The notes: generated from the sequence alone by a model not told the origin. Positions 21,021 through 31,294 are shown, numbered from the stretch's first letter. The stretch is 64,000 bases of DNA from Candidatus Thorarchaeota archaeon (GCA_963726195.1 CAVSBO010000003.1:832001-896000), one strand, 5' to 3'. Numbers and translations are program-made.

Positions 21021-22226
21021 CTACACGGGTTCTGAAATCTCGAAAGTAATGATGAAGTTTGCTCCAGAGGACACCTTCCCGGACACCCGATCTTGAACCT
21101 CAATTCTCGCGCCGTATTTGTGAACCATCTGTGCGACAAGTGCGAGACCCACGCCTCCAAAACGTTTGGCCCGGTCAAATAGCGACTTCTTCTTCTCGCC
21201 ACTGATGCCAGGTCCATTGTCGGCTATAGAGAGCCTGAACCACTGTCCTTCTCTCTGCCCCGAAACCCACACTTGCTTGTCTTCCTTGGTGTTATGCCCA
21301 GCAGCATTCTCTAGAACGTTCCACAACAGCTCGCCAAGAAGAGAATCTGCCTTGACCCTCACGGGGGAGTCAAAGCCCTCAACGTGCACCTTGGCTTCAT
21401 AGACTCGCTCAAGAACCCCTATCTTCTCTTTTATTGCACTTGACAAGTCAACACTCGCATTAGGGATTCCCCTAATCTGACCTGCACGCTTTGTCTTGGT
21501 TATCAGTCGATTGCAGCGTTCCACAGCGTCGAGGATGTCATGCCTTGCGTCGTCGATGTATGATGGTGGCAGGTTCTGTTCAAGCAATCCTGCTGACATC
21601 ATTATGACCTGTAACTGGTTTGCTATGTCGTGCGTAATCAGATCAAGGTAGAACTGGACTGTTTCCTCTGCATCCTTTTGTTCTGATATTTCCGTGATAA
21701 CAGCGAACGAACCGACAAACTTGCCCTTAGAGTCGAAGTATGGTGCGGCCGCTATGATAGTTGGTACAACCTCTCCCCTGCGGTTCACCCATTCCATCTC
21801 GTATCTCTCGGACTTGCCATCTTTGCGATTGCGAATTCTATCCTTAGCCATCTTGTGGTCCTTTTTCGTCGTTAACTCGACCCAGTTCTTTCCAACAAGC
21901 TCCGAGGGAGAGTAACCGAGCATTTTAGCGAAAGCATCGTTGGCATAGACTATCCTTTCATTCTCATCATCTATAGCCAACCCTTCTCTCATAGTCTCTA
22001 TCAACAGACGGTATACAGACTCTGCATTCGCAAGTATTCCCTTGCCCGAGTCCTGGCCTGTGGCATCCTTGGATTTTACCAAAGTCAGCTTCGCCTCGCG
22101 AGAGTCTGCACATTCATGATGGACCCGAAACACACGTCCTAATCTTGTCTCGGGAAATGGGCTAATTGAGGTTATGCTGTTCGTCTTACAATTCGGCCAC
22201 TGTTTGACCATGAGAAACACCAGCAA
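21021..22226 (-). CDS. PAS-domain sensor histidine kinase
   Basis: PAS (IVYANDAFAKMLGY), H-box THDIAN, N-box NVLENA, DNGPGI, GVGL. The real start is probably downstream of 22226. Confidence 0.9.
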   Translation of the reverse strand: MLVFLMVKQWPNCKTNSITSISPFPETRLGRVFRVHHECADSREAKLTLVKSKDATGQDSGKGILANAESVYRLLIETMREGLAIDDENERIVYANDAFAKMLGYSPSELVGKNWVELTTKKDHKMAKDRIRNRKDGKSERYEMEWVNRRGEVVPTIIAAAPYFDSKGKFVGSFAVITEISEQKDAEETVQFYLDLITHDIANQLQVIMMSAGLLEQNLPPSYIDDARHDILDAVERCNRLITKTKRAGQIRGIPNASVDLSSAIKEKIGVLERVYEAKVHVEGFDSPVRVKADSLLGELLWNVLENAAGHNTKEDKQVWVSGQREGQWFRLSIADNGPGISGEKKKSLFDRAKRFGGVGLALVAQMVHKYGARIEVQDRVSGKVSSGANFIITFEISEPV

Positions 22227-22262
22227 ACCAAAGGACCTTAAACCAAGGTCAGAAGTTGCCTA

Positions 22263-22971
22263 GTGATGCACTCATCAGAATCGAATACCGACAGACGATT
22301 GAGAATCAGCCATGGTCGCACTTGCAATTGCCCTCCGAATCACATCAACTGCCTGTCGGCCAAAGAGTGGATTCAGCATCAGATTGCTGTATGGGAGTTC
22401 TACTACGAGGCACGGGATGTGAGGGACAAGAACATTCATCCAGCGACCTATCCCATAGCACTTCCGTCAAAGTGCATATCTCTGTTCACTCATAAGGGTG
22501 AACTGGTGCTGGACCCATTCGTCGGTGTGGGAACAACACTCGTCGCAGCCAGAGACCTCGCACGCAACGCAGTCGGGTTCGACCTAAAGGCGGACTATGT
22601 CGATTTCTCCAACAAGCGGCTGAGCTCTATGTCGGACAATGAGACAACGCAGATTGCATTGTGCGATGACGCTCATAACATACCTTCGTACCTTGAGGAG
22701 GAAACTGTTGCCGTCTGTGTGACATCTCCGCCCTATGCAAACCTCCTGAATCGCCGCAGACAGAACAAGAGTATGAGGGGCAATCTCAGGAAGGATGAAT
22801 ACTATCTCAAGGTACAGCAGTATTCTGACGATCCGAGGGATTTGGGCACCATGGATGCCGAGCCCTATGCGAAAACGCTAGGTGAAATCTTCGGTGGCAT
22901 TCTTCCTTTAATGCGACATAGAGCACACTGTCTTGTCAACATAACTGACTACTGGTGGGAAGACAGAAGGG
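22263..22971 (+). pseudogene. N4-mC/N6-mA DNA methyltransferase, 5' part (interrupted by IS607-family element)
   Basis: HPATYP, DPFVGVGTT (motif I), TSPPY (motif IV). The frame runs into the element left end after DYWWEDRRV. Confidence 0.9.
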
Positions 22972-22989
22972 TTGACAACAGCTGCCTAG

Positions 22990-23009
22990 AAGTTGGACAA
23001 TCTTGGACA
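22990..23009 (+). repeat. Left subterminal repeat: two TTGGACA motifs at 10-bp spacing
   Basis: TTGGACA at 22993-22999 and 23003-23009; 19/20 identical to the reverse complement of 31088-31107. Confidence 0.9.
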
Positions 23010-23048
23010 CCACAGAACTGAAGAGCCGCAGCGCGACTGACACGATGC

Positions 23049-23675
23049 ATGTTGAGTGTGTCAGCAGCTGCGGTCAGGGTTGGGGTCTGTGCAAAAACCA
23101 TCCGACGGTGGGACGACAGGGGTCTTCTCCGATGTTTCAGGACCCGAGGTGGTCACAGACGAGTGCCTCAGTCAGAAATTGAACGAGTCATCTCAGAAAG
23201 GGAGCCGAGAGCAGATTCTCATATGACCTGCTCAAGAGCAACAATCGTGTACGCACGAGTATCGTCCCACGGGCAGAAGGCCTCAGGTGACCTTGACAGA
23301 CAGGTCGGCGAACTGCTCGCAAGTTCTGGCGAGGCATCTCCTCTTGTCCTCCCTGACGTCGGCTCCGGACTCAACATGAGGCGCAGGGGTCTATGGCAGC
23401 TGATACATGCTGCAGAGAGAGGACTCGTCAACCGGGTGATTGTCACTCACAGGGACAGACTGGCCCGCTTCGGGACCGAATTGATTGAGCATATCCTCTG
23501 CCTCCATGGCGTGGCCGTCAATGTCCTTCACGAGAACCGGGACATGACTCCTCAGGAAGAAGTGGTCGCCGATCTGATAGCACTAATTGCATCGTTCTCC
23601 GGACGTATCTATGGGCTTAGAGGTGCCATCCTCAGGGCCACAAGAGACCCGCTCAGACAAAGTTCTACTTCTTGA
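23049..23675 (+). CDS. tnpA: IS607-family serine recombinase transposase
   Basis: N-terminal MerR-like HTH (KTIRRWDDRG...TRGGHRR), catalytic YARVSS, DVGSG, THRDRLARFG, IASFSGRIYG. Confidence 0.95.
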   Translation: MLSVSAAAVRVGVCAKTIRRWDDRGLLRCFRTRGGHRRVPQSEIERVISEREPRADSHMTCSRATIVYARVSSHGQKASGDLDRQVGELLASSGEASPLVLPDVGSGLNMRRRGLWQLIHAAERGLVNRVIVTHRDRLARFGTELIEHILCLHGVAVNVLHENRDMTPQEEVVADLIALIASFSGRIYGLRGAILRATRDPLRQSSTS

Positions 23676-23692
23676 AAAGGGACGCGGTCCTC

Positions 23693-23731
23693 CTCACGAT
23701 TTCTCTCCAGCCCCGGTGGAGAGACCGTGGG
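23693..23731. terminator. Hairpin between convergent tnpA and cargo gene
   Basis: TCTCTCCA (23702-23709) / TGGAGAGA (23717-23724), extended by CTCACG/CGTGGG; terminator function is inferred. Confidence 0.4.
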
Positions 23732-23784
23732 CTTCAAGCTGTTTCTCTACTGCGTTTTCGGTTTTTCCGTCTTGAAACCTTGCG

Positions 23785-26700
23785 TCACTCCTGATTTCCA
23801 GAAGCTGCACCCTGTTCATGAGCCTTCCGGACATCTCTAACCACATCAGGGACCTGCTTCCTCAATACCTCGCCAAGGTTCTCAATGCTCTGGAGTCGAG
23901 GCACTATTTCGAGCTCCACAGCCTCTCTTACTTCTCGCACCGCTTGTTGTACACCTTCGCCGAGCAGGATCTTCGGGTCATCATAGAGCATTCCCGATGC
24001 TGTACGAGTTCCATCGGTTTCTTCACTTACCCAATAGATTGCCTGATTCTGAGAATACAAGGTCACTGTCCACGTCGCTGGCTCCTCCGCGAACTCTTCA
24101 TCATGGCGACCAAGGTGTGTTCCAGCATGATTCAGCCAAGATGTCACTCGCCTGATGAACTGCTGTTTGTTCCTTATGGAGAAACCGCTCATCTCGCCCT
24201 CTCTCATGCTTTCCCTTAGCATGTCTACGACTTCCTCGGCATCCTCTTCACTCTCAATCTCTATTGTCCGTGACAGGAGCGGCTCACGTCGACCCTGTCC
24301 GATAGGAAAGACAGCATATGTACAGCTTGTTTCAGACAGGTCAGAGAGCCGTAGTTCACAAGGTGGGCTTCTTGCCGAGTACCCATGTCCCTTGAGTTCT
24401 GACAGGATTCGCTTCCTGAGCGCTCCGTACTCCTCTATTGCATTCATTGGGATCCGGGACGTGATGACATTCAATATCCTCTGGCACTCTTTCTCCGCGC
24501 CGTGGCCGTGCACCAACTCGATTGTCTGGGGAGTTTCCGTAAGGAATAGTCCTGTGATTGTCGACTGTGCTTGCCACTCGACATACTTCGGCTCTGTACA
24601 TGACAGGCCGACCAGCCAAGTCTGTTCTCTCACTCTCAGATAGGTTCCGGGCTCTAGAGGTTTCAATGACAGACCGTTCCTCCGAAGGAACATGCGGACG
24701 TACTGCTCCTCATGATACACCACGCTTTCATCTTCCCCAGAACCCTAGGCATGACGATGGCAAGTCTGTACAATCGCCCTGCATAGACTCTCCCTGGGGC
24801 AAGGAGCCCATTCACAGCTTCTCCGGTCATCGGTCTTCCAAGCTGTCGCTTTACTTGATTAGGACAGTCTGGCGGCAATGATATCCGCCAGCAGGCACCG
24901 TGATCGTACTCCTCACTATAGGGCGATGGGACAGATCGACTGGTCATGTTCAATGCTCACCTTGAGGGTCCCGGCCTCTTCGAAGAACCCGGACACTCGT
25001 GCAGGGAGTTCCTCCACCTCAGTTCGTGCAGCCTTGAAAGTGACATATGGTCCAATGAAATCCAGTTCTCCGTACACGATATCATCGAAGACACTCCAAG
25101 TGACGTACGTGCCCGAGTCTGTGTACATGGGTCCTGAGTTTGTCATAGGCCATCTGAGGAGTGAAATGAGTTCTGCCGTGTATTCCACGTTCACCTCTTG
25201 GAGGATTTCATCATCGCCATCAACGAACCTAACTTGGCAGACATTATTCACCATCTCAAGACGCACACTGACAGATGCTGGTCGCGTGACAGCCTCGATG
25301 TACCTACGCAGAGAGGCTGCCACACGTTGGTAGAACGACTCTGGTAGTTTCGTTCCTTGAGAAGCTTCAGTAACAGAGGGCTTAGTGAAGGACTGTCTTA
25401 TGGCACGGAGATGACGGACTGATGAGTGCCCCTGTTCCACCAGCTCGAGGACTCCCGAGTAGACTCTCTCATGATCGTCCGTTTCCATGCTCCATGTTTC
25501 CAGCCCCTGTTCAGTTGGTCTGAATTCCATTAGGACTTGTGAGGACCCGAGAATCTCGTCGGGTGTCTGTTGTGTTAGTACCTCTTGTTTGGTCTCACTC
25601 CAGAGGAGCCCCTCCTTGTCTGGAGACTTGCTCATGAAGCAACCAATGAGCATGCGGGCCTCATTCTCGGGGTCCTGCATGACAAGCCACCAGGGAAGAG
25701 CAGTCTCATCCTCCGGTAGAAACCTGATTCCAAACGTCAGTCCAGCCGTCGTTCTTTCACTGGAAGTGACAAGCTCCACTGTCTTTGGAGGAAATGCAAC
25801 AATGGTTCCTGGCCTTGTCTTCAACCTATTGGGTGAGCGGTAGAGCCGCTGGGAATTGATTCTACCCAGGGTCGTGGCCACGTACCCCTTGCCGGCCCCT
25901 GTCTCAGGGTGTCGGTAGCGCACAAGGTCAAGGACACTTGGAGTCTTGGCGGGAGGCCCATCAAGAACTCGTACTTCGAAAGTCAGGTCATCAGGGGCTC
26001 CTCTGAACTCATGCATGACTGCGTCGAACCGTTCCTTGATGCTCTCTTTCGAGTCATCTGAGAGCATCTTGTCAGGCCACAGGCAGACAAGCCAAGGGAG
26101 CAAGGTCATCGAGAGGAGCCTTATCCTGCTGCGAGTAGCCTTGTCGGGTACGATGTCGTCCAGCCCTCTCTCCTGCACAACGAGTCCCTTCCCTTGGTTC
26201 TTGAACCGCCTTGACCAGCCCCTCAGCGGAGGTACGAGCACGAGCTCAGTGTTCATGTCTTCGGGAGAATGGCGAACGACTACTCGGATATCATCATGCA
26301 TTGGTGAGTCCCCGATGACTGGCAACCCACATTTCTCAGGCTCGACAGCATTCCTTGGTGCCACAGGTAGGTTCCAGACAATCTCAGTGACGACCTCAGC
26401 AAGAGATGAATTGTCATAGAATGGGAGAAGGGCTCTGGTTGCATATGGGACGGACTTCTCGGAAGAGGGCGTAGGTGCATCGAACCACAGGACCGTCGTC
26501 TTCTTGTTGTCTGGAAGACTGTCCAGAAGCTGGTCCATTACGACCTGTAGTCTATCTCGGTGGCTCTCCGGAGTTGCATCTCGCAGGGTATCTGCCCCCG
26601 TCACGATGACTATTGTGTGGCTATTGATGCCCTTGTCCAGCTCGAACGATGGTATGTCTCCACCCTCATAGAGATATGATAGGATTTCGTCAAGGCGCCC

Positions 26701-28745
26701 TCTAACCTCTATGCCTTGAAAGAACTCTCGAATATGGTCTGGTTGCGTCTTCGCCACCTCGTCATCAGAGTATCCTCTTGGCCTTAGGCGAAGGCGTGCC
26801 TCTGCAAGGTGGGGCTCAGTGAACTGACTTGCAAGGTCAAACCAAACAAACCGTGCACCGAGGTGGCTCTCTTTCATCTCATAGAGCATCTGAAGCCCAT
26901 GATAGTTCCGTGCATTCCAGGCGGCGGACTGGCCTGCAGATGTCGGGGATCTCCCTACAAGATAGAGAATGAATCTTCGTCTGCTCTCTAGGCTCTGCTG
27001 GAACGGGTTGTAGAGTGGTTTCCACGGGACGTCAATAGCCTCTCCCCCCTGCTTCTCAGGAACGACTTGCTCATGAATGATCAGAGCGACTCTGCTATTG
27101 CTTCCTCCAATAGGCCTGATGGCCGTTCTTTGAACTGCTCCACTCATCTTCTTGATGGATTCATAGGCCTTTACCAATAGCCCTTCAATGGTTCGTCTGG
27201 CTTTATTGATATCAGTAATGGACTCGATGACTATCGTTCCTCTTGGCACGTACCTTGGCTCCAGCCCAGTGGCTTCATGGTATCTCTCAGCCAGCGCTTG
27301 TGCATAGACCTCTACTTGTCGCTGTGCAGATGCGCTGGGAGCGGATTTGACAATGGCGTCCCATTCTTTGTCCTCAAGAGTTCGGTCTTCAACGGGTAGC
27401 TCAGCAACAATACGGGGAGGAAGCCCTCTATGCAATCTGGACTCAGATGATTTCTCTTCAGCATCAATATGCCACTGATGCCCCATGCGGGTCTTGATCT
27501 CGCAGACGAATGCTGGTCTCCAGAGGATTTGTTTCCCGTCAGCTGTGATGATCCTCTCTAGAAGTAGAATGTCCACTTTTCCCAACCCGGACTCAGTCAC
27601 TATCGCCAGCTCTGACACAATAGCATACTCAGAGGCCCCTACATACCTATGTCCATTGAAGATGACGTCATTCAGATGCCATGGGCTGGGAAAGAGGTCT
27701 GATATCCTTCTGTGCATTATCGACCCCTTTAGTTTCGCTCGACTGGTTGCCTGCTGTCTGATGTATTCGACATCAGCTTTGGTTAGGCACGGTTCTTCAA
27801 GACCGGGCGTTCTAATGAAACCCCTCTGTGTCAGTCGTTCAAGCTCTTGAAGAGCAGGATGATTGCCATAGAATGTCAGTGCTTCGTCGAGCTGGCTCCG
27901 AAAGAAGTCGAAGGACGTATTGGATGCTCCATGTTCGAAGTCCCCCATCACGCTCTTGGCCGCTTGCATCGTGGGGTGATACCCGGACTCTGAAATCAGC
28001 TCTTTCACTCTTCGAAGAGCAGCGTTCGCCCCCTTTCTGAACTCTGGTCTCCCACACTTGTGCTCTGAGTAGATGTATTCAAGATAAGGTCGTACAAGAA
28101 GGAGAAGGAGATTGCAGTACTTGGTGGTCTCGCTCACAGGCACATCACAGATTGTGCAGTAGGTGGCAAGATACTCACCATGACTCCGAGCAGCATCACC
28201 AAAGTCCATAGAGGGAAGGTCAGGATGCGTGAGCATGACTCGTGGCCCGAAGGAGGACCCCTCGTATCCTGCGACTCTAAACTCTTTTCTGTGAGATCCC
28301 GCTCGCACTGTACGTGTTCCAAATTGAGTGGCATCAGGAAATGGGAACTCTCTCTGTGAGAACTCTCTGAGGGTAGCACCACATGCATTAAACCGCTGGT
28401 TCAGAGGACCCACAGTGCCATCAGGATTCTTCTGTCTGGAGACCTCAGTATGCCCAAATTCAGCAGCCTTCTCATAGAGCATCTTGAGCATGTTGTTCCT
28501 GATTTGAGGTTCAGCCTTGAGAACGGACGAGCAGTCAGGGGTACCTCGTTCCTTGCTCAGAAGATAGACGTGTCGAGTCTCTGCCAAATCTCGTAGGAAC
28601 TCCAGTAATGAGCACAGGTCAGTCTGTTCTTCATGCTACATTGGAGTTTCACCGTCGAGGCAAGCCCTGTCCGCAATGCAGCTGACATGACACGTTCTGG
28701 ATGAACGGGTAGTGGCCGAACAGGACGCCCTCTTGGCCTTGCCAT
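23785..28745 (-). CDS. Giant cargo protein (~1,650 aa) with RecB/Cas4-type PD-(D/E)XK nuclease and degenerate RecA-like region; three frameshifts (~28637, ~24917, ~24735)
   Basis: ORFs 28557-28745, 24916-28587, 24663-24953 and 23785-24723 join seamlessly with single indels. Motifs: GSIMH, SELAI, GKVDILL, CEIKT, QRQVEVY. Confidence 0.75.
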
Positions 28746-28955
28746 CTCACTGATAGGATGGCATTGTGATATTTAAGTTCATTTTTTGGAAGTAACAGGC
28801 GCGGAACTCAGGTATCAAGAACTGGCTTGTTTCATAAAATCTGCCCCTTCTTCTTTATCAAACAAAAGGCTAACCTTTTACTCTGGTAATTATACGTCGC
28901 TTGCTTTTGTATGCCCTTATATCCCGACTTCAGCACCAATATGCGGTAGAGGCTG
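28746..28955. promoter_or_regulatory. AT-rich divergent promoter region for cargo gene and tnpB
   Basis: Clearly AT-richer than the flanks; TATA-like TTAAAT on the minus strand near 28770 and CTTATAT near 28918. Confidence 0.5.
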
Positions 28956-31087
28956 ATGAAGAGACAACCCCGGCGTCATCCCCGGGCGCCAAACCATGAC
29001 GTACAACAGGCAAGGCAACAAACAATGGATGATAATTATACGTCCTCTTCATCCACTTACCAAGCCGAGAAGTTCTCTCTCAACTCATATCCTAGAATTG
29101 TCGATCGAAAGGGAAAGAAAAGACGACCTGACCCTTCCTTCTCCGCAACACACAGACCCCCCGTCGAACAAGCACTAAGGGAGCTTGTCAGCGGCAACAA
29201 GTGCTCTGACATCGATATCCAGACACTTGAGCAGCACTTCGACAAGTATCTCAATGCAGTCAATCTCGTACTTGATGAGGTATACTCTGCTTCCGATCGC
29301 GCCCAGCGTGTCGGAGAGCGATTGCGCTCTTCAAGAGGACAAGGCTATGTAGTACTAAGAGAAGAGAACTTTCTAGAATGGAAACCGGACAACAGGTTCG
29401 GACAACTAGTCTATGAGCGAATGTATCGTAATGTCCTTGAGACCGCAGCCCGCATCGTGTTGGCTGACTACACGCGCAGGACACTGGTCAACTCACTAAT
29501 CACGATGCTGGCGAGTGATAGGCAGCAACTCAAGTCGCTCATGGCTCTCAAACGAATCCCTGCTCCTCTTGTCAGAAAGCTGCGAGCGACAGTCGGTGAA
29601 ACATCTGGTTCGTACTATCACTACGCGCTCACGGCATGCAAACAGCTTCGAAGAGCACTCGATGAACACCTCCTTGAGAGCTTCGGCGAGTCCACATCCA
29701 TCCGAAGACTAGCAAGGGACCGAGTTCGCGACCTTCTCGATACTCAATCGTCTGAATCAATCAAGGCCATGAATGCAACACTCAAGAAAGTGCAGAAATG
29801 GCACAAGACCGGTTTTCCATTCACTGCTCCCATTTTCAGACAAACCACCATGGACTTTACTGCATCTACTGAAAACACAACAGGACAAGGGTACTGGTTC
29901 ATGGAGGACTCCGAGCGACAGGACGAGGTTATCCTGTATATCAAGACCCCTCCCGGGGTCACAGGTCGTCAAGCCACGCCTGATTCACCGTACAAGAGCC
30001 AAACTCTTCGATTCAGGTTCCTCGACTGGTTGCCCCGAAAGGCAGCCCGTGCTCACAAAAAGGCAGAGGAGTCGAAAGCTCACGGTCATTTCAGCAGGGC
30101 CGTGGAGTCTGAATATCGTGCTGCACGCTTTGACGATATGACCCAACAGCTGAGGAACAATGTCAGACTGCAGTGCCTGAATAGACAACTTTCTTCTCTG
30201 AAGTCCAGAAAGGACATCGATGGAGAGAGGGTCAATGAACTGAAAGCCCAGATAACGGCGCTCAGACAGACCAGAAGGTGTGCCCCGCCCATCCTCAGTC
30301 TGCGAGGACACACTGCCACACTCATTATTCCCTTCCTATGCCCTGACAAACAGATGCTGAAACGAGTGCTGCCAACAGTCCCAAGGACAGGCAGGGCAGG
30401 AGTCGACCGGGGTCTGAGATATCCGGTGGTCCTCTCAGTAAAGAACGGTGCAAACAGTATGATGAAACAAAGATAGGAAGGCCAGAGTCATTCGAGAGAC
30501 GCGAGAGGCTCAGACAACGTACACGAGTCTTGATGTCACAGATCGTGCGACGACGGAACAACTGGGACAGGAAACGACCGATGCTGTCACCTCCGTCCTC
30601 TATTCTGAAACGGGAGAGAGAGCTGGAGGCAGTGTGGGCCAAGGTCCGACGCATCGACCGAGAAATCTCCCATCAGCTGGCCGCTGAGACCGTCTGGTTC
30701 TGTGAGCATCGTGGTGTCAAGACTGTCTACTTCGAAGACCTACGGTACTTCCAACCACAGGGCGGGTTCAAAACTCATTCATGGGAGCTGTCAACCAACC
30801 TCTGGGGGAAAATCATTGAAGGGGTCCGATATCGCAGACAGGCCCTAGGTCACAAGTACGGTGGAGTATGGACTGTGAACCCAGCCATGACATCCCAGAG
30901 ATGTAGTACCTGTGGTGAGAAAGGAGTGCGCGTCAGAGACAGTGATTCCACAGAGGAGGAGCACGGTGGGGAGTTCTTCTACTGCCCGAGCTGTGACCTC
31001 AAACTGCACGCAGACGTGAACGCGGCCAGAAACATCCTTATGATTCAACAACCCAAGCCCAGTGCCGTTTCTGGGCGGACTGCTTGA
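28956..31087 (+). CDS. tnpB: Large TnpB/Cas12-like RNA-guided endonuclease (~710 aa), one frameshift near 30452
   Basis: RuvC-I GVDRG (D484), RuvC-II YFEDL, VNPAMTSQRCSTC...CPSC zinc finger, RuvC-III HADVNAARNI. The downstream frame is open from ~30452 (QYDETKIGRPESF...). Confidence 0.88.
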
Positions 31088-31118
31088 TGTCCAAGTTTGT
31101 CCAACTTACAATGAACGG
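31056..31118 (+). ncRNA. Putative 3' part of TnpB omega/re-RNA scaffold (hairpin plus terminal pseudoknot)
   Basis: GCCCAG/CTGGGC stem; loop CCGTT is complementary to terminal AACGG; the 25-nt block is identical in the mini-element. The 5' boundary cannot be defined from sequence. Confidence 0.6.
31088..31107 (-). repeat. Right subterminal repeat: two TTGGACA motifs (inverted) at 10-bp spacing
   Basis: TGTCCAA at 31088-31094 and 31098-31104. Confidence 0.9.
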
Positions 31119-31294
31119 TTCCTGCTCACATGTATGTCATCAATGCATTGCAGGATGTAGGGTACGAACTCCGTAACATAATCATCTGGGACAGGCAGAA
31201 CATAGTGAACCGTGCTGGCATCTTCGGGTGGCCCAACAATTACATCACTCTCAGCACGACCTTCGAGTACATTGTTGATTTCTGGCGTCCATGA
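31119..31294 (+). pseudogene. DNA methyltransferase, 3' part
   Basis: PAHMYVINALQDVGYELRNIIIWDRQN...TTFEYIVDFWRP-stop, typical of N4/N6 MTases (IIW, EYI); in frame with the 5' part after element removal. Confidence 0.9.

Larger units (their letters stand above)
22972..31116 (+). mobile_element. Cargo-carrying IS607-family transposon, 8,145 bp
   Basis: GG at 22970-22971 and 31117-31118; subterminal inverted repeats AAGTTGGACAATCTTGGACA / TGTCCAAGTTTGTCCAACTT; tnpA at left and tnpB at right; excision restores the MTase frame. Confidence 0.92.

Noticed and set aside
16183-23021. Restriction-modification pair formed by the PD-(D/E)XK gene and the MTase
   Set aside because: They are more than 5 kb apart with unrelated housekeeping genes between them; there is no evidence of linkage.
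30440-30480. Programmed ribosomal frameshift in tnpB
   Set aside because: No canonical slippery heptamer, and similar indels occur throughout the window's housekeeping genes.
22970-31120. GGTT as a 4-bp target-site duplication
   Set aside because: The mini-element has GGTT only at its left junction and GGCA at the right. TT therefore belongs to the left end, and the shared core is GG.
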